Below, piece by piece: positions 24,574 through 34,900 of a DNA stretch of 64,000 bases (positions within the stretch are counted from its first letter, which is position 1; every line of letters begins with the position of its first letter). The DNA comes from Minutocellus sp. GHC0000111 (Eukaryota), in assembly GCA_977018835.1 (NCBI GenBank), contig OZ361257.1:3162001-3226000 (forward strand), given 5' to 3'. A program made the position numbers and the translations under genes. The notes under the pieces were generated by a model. That model was not told the origin of the DNA. It saw nothing but the letters and a program-made list of their open reading frames with translations, and made no database searches.

Positions 24574-25154
24574 GGCGGTTGTTTGGTAGATTGTCGGTGT
24601 CGGGGAAGGGCAACAGAAAAAATGGAAATCAAATCGGCGTTGTGGGTACCGCACGGTGGGGATGAGCTGGCGACGGTGGTTAGCAGCAGGCACTAAAACT
24701 GCATTCCTGTAGTGCCCAGTTTTTCTGCTGACCACCACCTTCGCCTCCTCTCGTCTCAACTGACCAAGCCACAACCATCTGCGATTGCTGCCGTTGCAAT
24801 TGCTAAGTCAGCTTACAGTACCGGCTCCCAGAGCCTGTCTCTCTCTCTCTCTCAGTAGTTAGTTAGTTTTAAATTCCCTCAAACCCACCTCCTCACCCTC
24901 TAAGAAGTTTCATTTACCGCCATCGATGCTATGCGGCGATAGCGTGGGCGTGGGGATTTTTCAGTTTTTGGCGTACGTACGTACGAGTTGTACGGCATGC
25001 GGAGCAACACACCAATGATGATGATGACGATGCGATGACGAAAGTCTCACGCCAACGCTCCTTACCTGTACGAGTAGGAATCCTACATGCGTGCCGCAGC
25101 CATATTATACATGTACTAGATCCCTTATTAAGAGTTAGTTGTCGCCAAGGCAGC

Positions 25155-25254
25155 ATGCCGTCCCGTCCCATTGCGAGTGCTATCGCTGCACTGCTTCCAC
25201 TCATTTTGGTGGGCAGTGCCTTAGAGGTGTCGGCCTACGTGCACCAGCCGTTCC

Positions 25255-25307
<53 letters not shown>

Positions 25308-26601
25308 CGTTTTGCGACTAGAGCAGTATCGGCAGCGTCTTTTCGACCGCCTGTTCCAAGAGGTAACAGCAGATATGTGCCTCAGACCGACAACAGCCGT
25401 CGACATGGGCAGAAACCACTAATGTCATCCGCGGCGCCCGATGCCGTTGCATTTCCAACGCCCAGTGGGGAACGCAGCAGCGGCAACAGCAGTGTAGGGA
25501 AGCGACAATTGAATAAGGTTCAGTATGCTCTCACCAAAGCGGGGCTGCTCCTGTTCATAGTGGGCATGTGCATGGCGCTTCCCGTGGCCCTGCTCCCTCC
25601 GCACCTTGCCGAAAAGTTCGGCTTCATCGATCGGCTCAAGAGGGAGCAGTATGCTCTTCGTGCGGGTTGCTTCTGTTCTCGGTGGTTGATGAGGCTCATC
25701 CCATTTGCAAATATTTCGGTCTATCCATACAGGAAGACGACCCGGAGCCAAGCGTGTGGGTTGCCAACCACACCTCAATGCTTGATATATTTGTTCTGCT
25801 CGCGACGGACAAAAAGTTGCGGGGGAAGAATCGTCGACCTATCAAAATTGTTTACTGGAAGGGTCTTGAGGACAATCCAATCACAAAGCTCCTATTTACG
25901 CAATGCGGAATGATCCCGGTGGACATGGCTGCCAATGGCAACGGCAATGCAAACGAGTACGACAAGGGAAGCTTCAAGCGCCTGTTGAAGGATATGAAGG
26001 CTGCGTTTGCGGACGGGTTTGATATTGGTGAGTGATGGCAGGAGATGATATCGATACTAGCTACGTAGCAGCCAGCTCAAGGAGTAGAGGGAAATTGCCG
26101 AAAGCGCCACATGTGCCATTTCAATGGTACATGTGATCGTCACAATTCGCTGCTCACCTTTTCGTTTTCAATCTCTCCGCCCTGCCCTTCTCTTTGTTGT
26201 GTGTTCTCGCAGGGATCTTGCCCGAGGGCCAACTCAATCCCAACCCTTCGAAAGGGCTCCTGCCCATCTTTAGCGGCGCCTTTACATTGGCCCGAATGAG
26301 TCGACGGCGGATTCGAATGATGGCCTTGCACGGCGTGCACAACCTCTGGCACCCACACGAGTCAATAGGCATGACGCCATCGCAGAGGGATGTGCAGGTT
26401 AGAGCTTATCCCCCAGGAAAACCATTCGAAACATCAGAAGAATTCGTAACGGTATTCAAGAAAGTTGTGGGACACTTTGGAGCTGTTGGGGATGACCTCA
26501 ATGATGTGGACCAATGGCTGGATGGAACTCGGTGGGCGGAGGTACAAGCCAAGCAAGCTGAAATTGAAAAGTTGGAAAAAGATCTTGCGCGAGGGGACTA
26601 A
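25155..26601 (+). CDS. LPAAT/PlsC-like acyltransferase with signal peptide (probably plastid); apparent 1-nt frameshift at ~25730; intron 26028-26212
   Basis: VWVANHTSMLD (NHxSxxD) and GILPEG motifs. The N-terminal part (signal VSA-YVH, TM segment) is in a different frame from the catalytic part. Confidence 0.75.
25254..25307 (+). repeat. (CAA)18 microsatellite encoding polyglutamine in the transit-peptide region
   Basis: Perfect caa trinucleotide run. Confidence 0.95.
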
Positions 26602-26711
26602 AAATTATGTGCCGGCCGGAACCGGTAGAGATCTAGGAATTCCTACGTAGGTACCGGTATATAGATTTTAGGAACGAACTTCGTTGTTACTAACGTGTTC
26701 TAGCTCTAGCT

Positions 26712-26983
26712 AGGAGAGGGTTTCGGTTTGAAAAAGAGAAAATTGGGCCACAAGGGCCTGATACGGAAATCCAGATTCTGAGTGAACCGCTGAAAAAAAT
26801 GAACGGGGGTTTCGTAGATCGCTTATTTCGTCAACCATGCAGATGAGGGTGTTGGCCTCGTTCATTTTTTTCCGGTATTAGACTAGATCTACTGCCAGAA
26901 ATTGGGTCCAAGTACAAATTTTGAGGTAAAAAATACGAGCCAAAAATCGAAAAATTCTCTTTTTCACAACCGAAGTCTCTCCT
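26712..26983. mobile_element. MITE-like element (~270 bp) with ~29-bp imperfect TIRs
   Basis: aggagagggtttcggtttgaaaaagagaa versus the reverse complement of the right end, aggagagacttcggttgtgaaaaagagaa. Non-coding interior. Confidence 0.6.
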
Positions 26984-27161
26984 CTAGAGATCTATATGTA
27001 CCATACCAGCACTTGGTTGGACAGTCAGTCTCTCGAAGTCCTCCTCATCTCGGTGCTGTGGCGACCAGAGGTCATTGTGAATATCAGTCGAACAAGTCAA
27101 ATTTCAGGAAATAGCGCGATGAGCAGCGCTCGCCAAAATAAAAGGCGCAGAACGAGGGATA

Positions 27162-27414
27162 CTGGATCTTCCCTGTTGTTGCTGCTCGCTGATCACCATC
27201 TCCCCCGATGGAGCCAAAGCACAAGAGGAGGCATACGCGGCTGGATCTTCCCTGTTGTTGCTGATCGCTGATCCAGCATCTCCTCCGCTGTCTGTAGCCA
27301 AAGCACAAGAGGAGCCATACGCAGCTGGATTCTTCCTGTGTAGGCCTAGTTGCTGATCGCTGATCCAGCATCTCCTCCGCTGTAGCAGCGTCTGGCCAAA
27401 GCACAAGAGGAGGC
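27162..27414 (+). repeat. Three tandem ~80-90 bp imperfect repeats
   Basis: Units start ctggat at 27162, 27241 and 27325. Each contains tcgctgatc and gccaaagcacaagaggag. Confidence 0.9.
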
Positions 27415-27453
27415 AAAAGTTCACGTTGTTCCTACAAATACATAATTTTGGCA

Positions 27454-28683
27454 ATGGGTGAGACAATATCCACCCTCGTTTTCCGTCCCCCAAGGCCAAC
27501 CTACCTCAAGCCGACGCGCTACTTCTTTCTCGATGTTGATCAAGACACTCCGTTGACTTTGACATCCTCCCTCTCCTGTGTGACTAGCAGCGGCGTCGGC
27601 TGTGCTCAAACAAATGGTTCTACGCCTTCATCTAGTAGTCAGCCCCCACCGCCAACTGGTGGCCGCCACAGGATACCAGCCTTCTTCATAAAACGTCGGG
27701 ACGCCACAATCACAATCCTATTTTCCCATGGAAATGCGGAAGATCTCGGCATGATGCACGAGAGAATAAAAGGAATGGCCCGAGAGCTGAATGCCAATAT
27801 CATGTGCTATGACTACACTGGCTATGGTTATGCAACGGGTAGTCCTTCAGAAGATATGTGCTACCGCAACATTGAAAGTGCCTACTCGTATTTACGAAAC
27901 ATCCTGGGAATACCAGCTTGTCAGATTGTCCTATTTGGGCGCTCCCTGGGCAGTGGTCCAAGCTGCTACCTTGCAGCAAAAACTGCACACGATGGCGAAT
28001 CGGTTGCTGGCCTCATTCTTCATTCACCTTTTCTTTCGATTTATCGCATCGTTGTCAATAGCTCGAACCTTGGAATGGTTGGAGATATGTTTCCCAACGC
28101 AAATAGAGCGCCGGACATCAGATGTCCAACACTGATTATTCATGGAACGGAAGACACGGTGGTGCCATTTAGTCATGGTCTCGAATTATTAAATACTTTT
28201 CCAGAAGAGTATCGGACGCAACCTTTTTGGGCTGACGGCCTCGGCCACAATAATATCGAAATTTTCCTGCGCGAGATGTTTATCCAAAGATGCCGTCATT
28301 TTCTTCAACGATATGTGTACGGCGCACAGGAAAATGGAGATGGCAAGCCTCTTATCGTACCTGTCGAGGAAAGGGCAGTCATTGACGCCTCAGACCTTTC
28401 AGAGCACCAGTTCACATTTAATCCCACGTGGATTGCTTACGGAAAGAAAGCTGGGAAGAAGCTACTGAGTCAGGCTGTTGGGTCATCATCTCAGCAGACC
28501 CCAGAGGAATGTGATGATTATGTCGACGAGGATGACATAGACTCTCGCGACGATGACGAAAACTTGCACAGGGAGGAGACGGAAGGTGGCTGGGGAAAGA
28601 GTGCCGGTAGCCACCGTGAGGCTTGGTCGGCAGGCATGCCGTACGATAACGTTCGGGCCGTGCCAATTGGTCAAATGAGATAA
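27454..28683 (+). CDS. ABHD17: ABHD17-like alpha/beta hydrolase (depalmitoylase family); same frame stays open to 28992
   Basis: MG start, FRPP, ILFSHGNAEDLG, YDYTGYG, FGRSLGSGP nucleophile elbow, IIHGTEDTVV and GHNNIE. Confidence 0.88.
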   Translation: MGETISTLVFRPPRPTYLKPTRYFFLDVDQDTPLTLTSSLSCVTSSGVGCAQTNGSTPSSSSQPPPPTGGRHRIPAFFIKRRDATITILFSHGNAEDLGMMHERIKGMARELNANIMCYDYTGYGYATGSPSEDMCYRNIESAYSYLRNILGIPACQIVLFGRSLGSGPSCYLAAKTAHDGESVAGLILHSPFLSIYRIVVNSSNLGMVGDMFPNANRAPDIRCPTLIIHGTEDTVVPFSHGLELLNTFPEEYRTQPFWADGLGHNNIEIFLREMFIQRCRHFLQRYVYGAQENGDGKPLIVPVEERAVIDASDLSEHQFTFNPTWIAYGKKAGKKLLSQAVGSSSQQTPEECDDYVDEDDIDSRDDDENLHREETEGGWGKSAGSHREAWSAGMPYDNVRAVPIGQMR

Positions 28684-29410
28684 GGATCGCGGGGGAATCT
28701 TCTGGAGGAAAGAAGAGACGTCCACAACATATTTTCTGAGCAGTACGATCGCAGCGATGACGGCAACATCTACGAGGAAGAGGGCCATTCAACATATTTT
28801 GAGCGTGCCGACTGTGCGATTGCCGATGTAACTGGCCCGGATAATGATGAATATATTGGCCAATTCATGGACAATAAAAAAGGCACATGCGACGATAGAA
28901 AGCAAGACGAGCAGCAACAACTCTTCAAGAAGGGGAGGAAGTTGTTATTCAACCGAAGCAAAGGATCATCATTTGCGTCTTCATTTAGGTAGATTCTAGC
29001 TACTGTAGCTAGCTAGCTAGCTACCTATTTAGGGCAAAAAAATTAATTCTTTCTCAGGCATATAGCTATCGTAGGATCCCAGACCCTCTTGGTTGGAGGC
29101 CACTTATTACAGCATGCTAAAAAGATAGCCGAGTCCAATCGTTGCGCCGAGGACGAATCCACAAGTCTGGATCCCCGATAAATGGCGATGAATGGAATGC
29201 ATGTCATGAACATCTTATATAAATTCGTTCTCAGACTAGTGGCATTCAAAACCAAGCAACTTGTATCAAAGATTCACCTGCTTTTGCGTGAAGTTTTGCC
29301 ATGAATGACCAAAATATATATTACTTTATGCGGTGTTCAGTTCTCGGTAGCAAATTCAAATCTGTTGAAAATAAAATATGTATGACTGGACCAATCGAAC
29401 GTTCGGACTC

Positions 29411-31180
29411 CTACTTCTTCAAAGCCTCGAGTTTCTTGGCTTCTTTAGCGATTTCAGCCTCTGTTGCCTTGGCAGCCTGTGCGCTCTTTGTCTTGGCTTC
29501 CTCTGCGGATTTTTTCTTGGCCTGAAGCTCCTTCAATCGCGTTTCTTCTGCTTTCACTTGGGCCGCTTTCTTGGCAGCAGCAGCCTTGGCCTTTTTCTCT
29601 TGCTCAGCCTTGATCTTGCGCTGTTTCTCAGCCTTGATCTTCGCCTCCTTGGCAGCCTTCTTGGCCTTTTTGTCGGCAATCTTCTTCTGTTTTTTGGCCT
29701 CCTGTTGGCGGTGTTCGTGTTTGTGGAAGTTGTGAGAAAGAATGTGAGACACTCCCTGAATTTCAACACAAGAAATCAGACATTGTATTGCCGACCAGGC
29801 AAATCGCTTCGTAATTTGTGCCCTCAGGACCTCGATGCATGACCAACGTTTCTCGTATATGTTTTTGCGAGCTCTTTCGACAAAAAAATCAATACATCTG
29901 GGTCGTTTGTTCAGCATTTTGGATGCGCAATTGCAGACAGGTATCCACAATTCCAACAACTCAACTACATGCAACTCACCTGTGCTGCCTTCTTGTCCGC
30001 CTTCTTCTTCTTGTCCGCGGCAATCTTGGTTTCCTTCTCGACCTGATGTGGTAACCGTGGGTGGAGGATTTCGTCGGCGGGGGATTGATAGGCGGGATTA
30101 GTCGGAAATGGATTCGTCGATGCATTTCACATAAATAAAACCACAAAAATGACGTGTTGATAACAATAACAGTGCAGTCTGGCTCCAATTATCAACGTAC
30201 CTGTTTCGTCTTCTGGGCCAACTTGTCCTCGGATTGCTTCAAAGCCTTTCCAGCAGTACTCAGAGTAGAATCAGCCGCGGTAGCCTTTTGCTTGGCAGCC
30301 GACAAAGCTTTACCCGATGCAACCGCCTTGGTCTTGGCAGAGGCAAGCTGTGCCTCTGCATCCTTGAGGGCATCCTTGGCAATTCCTGCATACAGGAGAG
30401 GAAAGAATAATCAGAAAATACGTTAATTTTCCCGTCATGCCGAATAGCAGAGTACGAGTGCAAGAACTGGAAAGCATCACAACATACATGTTTGTGCAGT
30501 GAATTCTCTCGCCCAAAAGTTTGCTCTGCACTACACAGCCTCATAGCTATACAAGCATGAGGGGCGCGAGAAAATTCAAGTACAAAGTACAAGAATGACT
30601 TACCAACCTTGCCGCCGAGCTGCTCAACCTGCTTGAGATCGGCGGTATTTCCCTTCGCTTTCGTGGCGGCAAGCTTGTCGTTGGTCTGCAGGAGAGTTTC
30701 CTTGGCGCTCTTGGCCTTCTTCTCAGCAGCAGCCAAGGCATCGTTGTCTCGGGAAGCAGCCTTGCTGGCATCCGCGGCGGCTTTCTTTGCCTCGTTGGCT
30801 TTGCTTTGCGTCTCCGACACCCGTGCTTTGGCTTCGGACACGGCCTTCTTCTCTGCGGCGAGTGGATCGGCAGGAGCTGCCTTCTTCGCGGGCTGAGCAG
30901 TCTTGGTGGCGACGGGAGCAGCCGTGGCAGCGTTCGCCGACTCGATCGGCAGCATCGGACCTCCAATGACCGACGATGCAAGAAGAACCGACGCGGTGAG
31001 AGTTGAGATGGCAGACTGGGCAATTCGTTCAGGACCCATCATATTATCGCCGTCGTCATGCGTGGCCATGGCGAGTGCCGATGATCCAACACCACTCCTC
31101 TGAGCAATGATGGGGGCGGGCGCAAAGGCCTGCGTGGCAGCAGGCAGGGCCAAGACGGCGAGTGCGTAACCGAGCTTCAT
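29411..31180 (-). CDS. Ala/Lys-rich coiled-coil protein with plastid (possibly thylakoid lumen) presequence; exons 31180-30604, 30385-30201, 30042-29980, 29701-29411
   Basis: ATQA-FAPA presequence and a second hydrophobic stretch ending ANA. GT-AG introns give a continuous A/K/E-rich frame. Confidence 0.8.
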
Positions 31181-31571
31181 GTTCGTTTCCCTGGTGGTAG
31201 GCTAGCTTTAGCAACGCGTGCTGCAGTGAATTGCTCCTCGAGGTCCGACGGTATCGATACAACCACGGCAACCACGGCCGCACACCGCGCAGCCTCACGA
31301 CACGTCATTCATGCTAGGCCTACGTACGGCGTGCCGTAGCAGCAATGAGTAATAAAGGAGGTCCTTATTAGGGATCTTCGGTGTGTTGAATGAACTCTGC
31401 TACGTACGTACTGCTGCGCACCTTGCTCATTTTCAACGCATTTTGAACGCATGGCGCCAAAAAACCGTGCCATTGCGCTACTTTGCTACAACAATTGTTG
31501 ATTGCCCCCATTGCTGAAGCGATAGTCCAAGCCAACCCTGCCGTCCTGCCGATTGATACCTCACGCCTGCC

Positions 31572-32966
31572 ATGTCTCTCTCGGACGATCATTCGTCCGC
31601 CAAGCTGGCACTTCCACCGTCCGTGGACAAAAACGATCCTGTTTTCTCAGCTCGCTTTGGCACGATCAGCGGCACGCTTACATCCACTATTCTCTACCAC
31701 GGAAATAGCGACCATGTCCATGCCCATCGTCGCTTGGCCAACACCACCGCCCTCGGCCTTGGACTGACCGGGTTGTTTCTTGCAATCGGACTCATAGTAG
31801 CATGGTACGGATATTTCCGCTCCATTGTAAATCCGGATGCTCGTTCTGGATTCGGAAGAGATCCACTTAGGAGAAACCGTGGAAGTCATTTGAGCTCAAA
31901 TCAACAGGGCGAAGATTTTGAATATGAGCGCGAGGAGGATATCGACGATGGTGCCAGCCCCCCCGGTGGTGGAATGCGTCGCGCTAGCGATTCTTCCGGA
32001 GACGAAGGGTGGGCAACTCAGCCGCCGCCTCCTCCTGCTGGCCTGACTAATCCCGAAGATCGTTACCGTGGATCTGCCATGACAGGTGGTAGTGACGATA
32101 TATATGACGATACTCTGGGTCCAAAGGGTAGCCAGCGTTGGGACTGGGTCGATCGGTCCAACGAAGAAGAGGAAGATTATGATGACGGTGACGGCGAAGA
32201 TCGCAACGACGATGACAACGGTGGTCGACAACCATCTACATACACGTACAAACGCCAGCAACAGCAAAACCACACCAAGGCGAACAACGACGAAATTACC
32301 TTTTCTCTACCAACACCGCGACCGCACAAAGGCAAATCCTCTTGGCGTGCTTTAAGCGAAAAGGTGGTCCAGAAAGACAATTGTGGAAGGAATGGCGACC
32401 ATAAAATGCTGGGCCCTATTCAAGAAGATCCCGGCGATGCAATTCCACGCCAAAATAATCCATCAAGCGGTCTCAACGAGAGCATCGACGGGTTGCTGAA
32501 AAAATATGAAATTGGCACATCGATCAAGGACGGTATCCAGCAAGGTTTGGGCTTCCTTCGTCGCCAACCGTCGTCCGCTACTAAATCCAGTAGCAACAGC
32601 AAGTTCCCCACCACTGCTGGAGGCTTCAAGGACGCAGCGCCACAGTTGCCAGAGTTCAGAAATGCAAAGGGTGGAGGATATGCACGCAGCACAGCGACAA
32701 CATCGGCTTCCTCCCGAAGTGGACCACCAATGGGCGAGGCCGGGGTTGAGTTTTCTTTCGACGAGGAATCGTTGGGATTTGAGTCGCACTCAACTACATT
32801 CATCCTCGGCGGGTGTGCTGGCGATGATATGGAGTCGGTTGATTGGGAGGCGCAGGCAACGGAGAGAATGGAGTTGGCGAGGAAGAAGTTATCTGCCTCA
32901 AGCGATATCCGCCGCGCTAGGAGCAAGGTAAAGTCGCAGGCCCCAATCGTAATTGGGCAGGTGTGA
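31572..32966 (+). CDS. Single-pass membrane protein with disordered C-terminal region, unknown function
   Basis: 464-aa ORF with one TM segment (ALGLGLTGLFLAIGLIVAWYGYF). Confidence 0.7.
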   Translation: MSLSDDHSSAKLALPPSVDKNDPVFSARFGTISGTLTSTILYHGNSDHVHAHRRLANTTALGLGLTGLFLAIGLIVAWYGYFRSIVNPDARSGFGRDPLRRNRGSHLSSNQQGEDFEYEREEDIDDGASPPGGGMRRASDSSGDEGWATQPPPPPAGLTNPEDRYRGSAMTGGSDDIYDDTLGPKGSQRWDWVDRSNEEEEDYDDGDGEDRNDDDNGGRQPSTYTYKRQQQQNHTKANNDEITFSLPTPRPHKGKSSWRALSEKVVQKDNCGRNGDHKMLGPIQEDPGDAIPRQNNPSSGLNESIDGLLKKYEIGTSIKDGIQQGLGFLRRQPSSATKSSSNSKFPTTAGGFKDAAPQLPEFRNAKGGGYARSTATTSASSRSGPPMGEAGVEFSFDEESLGFESHSTTFILGGCAGDDMESVDWEAQATERMELARKKLSASSDIRRARSKVKSQAPIVIGQV

Positions 32967-33307
32967 TAGTACCACGGATCTGTGTTTTTGTTCATCTTTA
33001 TTATTTTTCGTCTCAGATAGATGAAAGGGGGTTTCCATTCAATAATCTATCATCGTGCAGCTACTAAATCTAGCTAGCCAGAGTAAATAGCGAGAATTCG
33101 ATCTACTATCAGTTGTCTACTAGCTAGGTCCGTAGCACTCCAAATCTGATCTCTAGCTAGCTGCCAGGAGGTCCTAGCTAGCTACGTGGTTGGCATTACA
33201 ACGCTACAATCTTGCACTCGGTAATCCACATACTAGTACAGGCTTTCTCAATGATTTTGCCGCCACTTCCCCTGCACCAAAGCACGGACCTGACTTTTAA
33301 CAGCATC

Positions 33308-34078
33308 TCAGTCCTCGTCATAATCTTCACTGGAACCATACGCGCCTCTACCCCTCCGACTGCCACCGGCTGCAAACCGTTTTACATTCACCGAATTGAC
33401 CCCAGCAGCCGAGCCCTCCAGAAGCTCAGCAGGAGGCTCAGCACCTTCAGGCAGATGCAACGCTCCATGGCCGCCCAGAACAAACTCCAATGCCTCGAGG
33501 CTAAAGTTTTCTGTCCCGCCCAGCTCATCGAACCCTCGCACGTGGTGATGAGCCTTGCGGTTCTTCACAACGAGGAGCGTCGGCATGACGACGATGCCCA
33601 GCTTCTCTACGAGATAGGTTGCGCCACCACTGCCCCCGCCCTCGGCGTCGCATTGGTCAACATTGATTTTCACGAACCGCGTTTCGGGGTGCATTGGGGC
33701 CAGCTTGGCCAGGTGGGCATGGAAGATGTCGCAAATACGAGTGGTGGGGCGGTGGAAATGCACGACAACCCTCTCCGACTGCTTGCTCATGTCGAAGAAC
33801 TCCCGGGCGGCATCGGCACCATGCTGCCCCTCCCCGATGGCAGTGTATGTGCAGTGGCCCTGGGAGAGCCACTTGGACTTCTGCTCGGCCGCCTTCTTCA
33901 TTTGGGCAAGTCGGCGTTCGCGGATGCGATCGAGCTCGGAGTCTGTGGCCTCGAGGAGCTGATCGTATTGATTCATTTCCTCCTGGACGGCCGCCTCCTG
34001 CGCCTGTGCTTGGGCCAGAATCGCCCTGGCGGCGGCGTCGCCGACCACCTGGTTCGATGAGCCGTACCCGAGGTCCAT
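33308..34078 (-). CDS. TXNDC9: Phosducin-like / thioredoxin domain-containing protein 9 homologue
   Basis: RERRLAQMKK, ERVVVHF, AKLAPMHPETRFVKIN, LVEKLGIVVMPTL and GFDELGG..NF motifs. Confidence 0.85.
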   Translation of the reverse strand: MDLGYGSSNQVVGDAAARAILAQAQAQEAAVQEEMNQYDQLLEATDSELDRIRERRLAQMKKAAEQKSKWLSQGHCTYTAIGEGQHGADAAREFFDMSKQSERVVVHFHRPTTRICDIFHAHLAKLAPMHPETRFVKINVDQCDAEGGGSGGATYLVEKLGIVVMPTLLVVKNRKAHHHVRGFDELGGTENFSLEALEFVLGGHGALHLPEGAEPPAELLEGSAAGVNSVNVKRFAAGGSRRGRGAYGSSEDYDED

Positions 34079-34900
34079 CGTTGCTGCGGTGGTGGTGAGG
34101 GCTTTGAAAAAAAATCAAATTGCGATGATGCTTCCATCAAAAATGATGACCTGCCGGCTCGGCATTGCGATTTTTTTCTTCAGAAATCAAATCCATCCCT
34201 CTCCAGCTAGATCTACGCGATGTACCGGTGGTGGTGGTGGTGGTGTCGTCCCGCTAAGTATAGCTTAAATCTATCTATCATAATGAAAAGTTAGAACCAA
34301 ATCCAATTGGATAGGTAGCTGCATTTGCATCAGTAAGAACGAATATCAATAACATAAAAAACAAGATCGCAATTGTAAACTTTGTAGGGTAAGATTGAGT
34401 GAGGGTGAGGTGGGGATCAGCATTTGTAGATCTACTCGAGGTCACGGTCTCTCCAAGCGTTGGGATTGTTGGCCGGTACGAAGCCTTCGAAGGTAGCTGC
34501 CAGATTAAGTCTGGCTGATTGGCTCCTGGTAGTTCTTCGCGGTGCGGGTGCTTCTGTGTCGTCTTCGACCGTTGCTATTACTGATGCTACTGTAGCATTA
34601 GTAAGAGCATTGATCATGGGGGACATGGTAGCACGCTCGGTACTCCGAGTCGAACGGGGAGACAATTCGTTGACGGCTATGTACCATTGGTAGATTTACC
34701 TTACTGTACAACCATAACCATTTACATTACGTACTACGGAGGATAGATCTACTGGTAGAGTGTCAATATAACATGTAGAAATCTAATTAGGTTCGAGCGC
34801 ATGCATTTTTAGATCTACATGTAGCCTACATGTAGCTACATGTAATGTAGTCTACCCTCAACTTCAACAACAAAGAACTCGCCTCGCGGCACAGGGATTC

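Noticed and set aside
27162..27414. CRISPR-like array
   Set aside because: The intervening parts are homologous to each other, the context is eukaryotic and there are no cas genes. It is a tandem repeat.
33212..34060. 282-aa plus-strand ORF and similar long antisense ORFs across the window
   Set aside because: These are shadows of GC-rich genes on the opposite strand (here the phosducin-like gene).
34432..34665. 77-aa minus-strand ORF in AT-richer intergenic DNA
   Set aside because: No recognisable domain. It may be a repeat remnant, but nothing supports a call.
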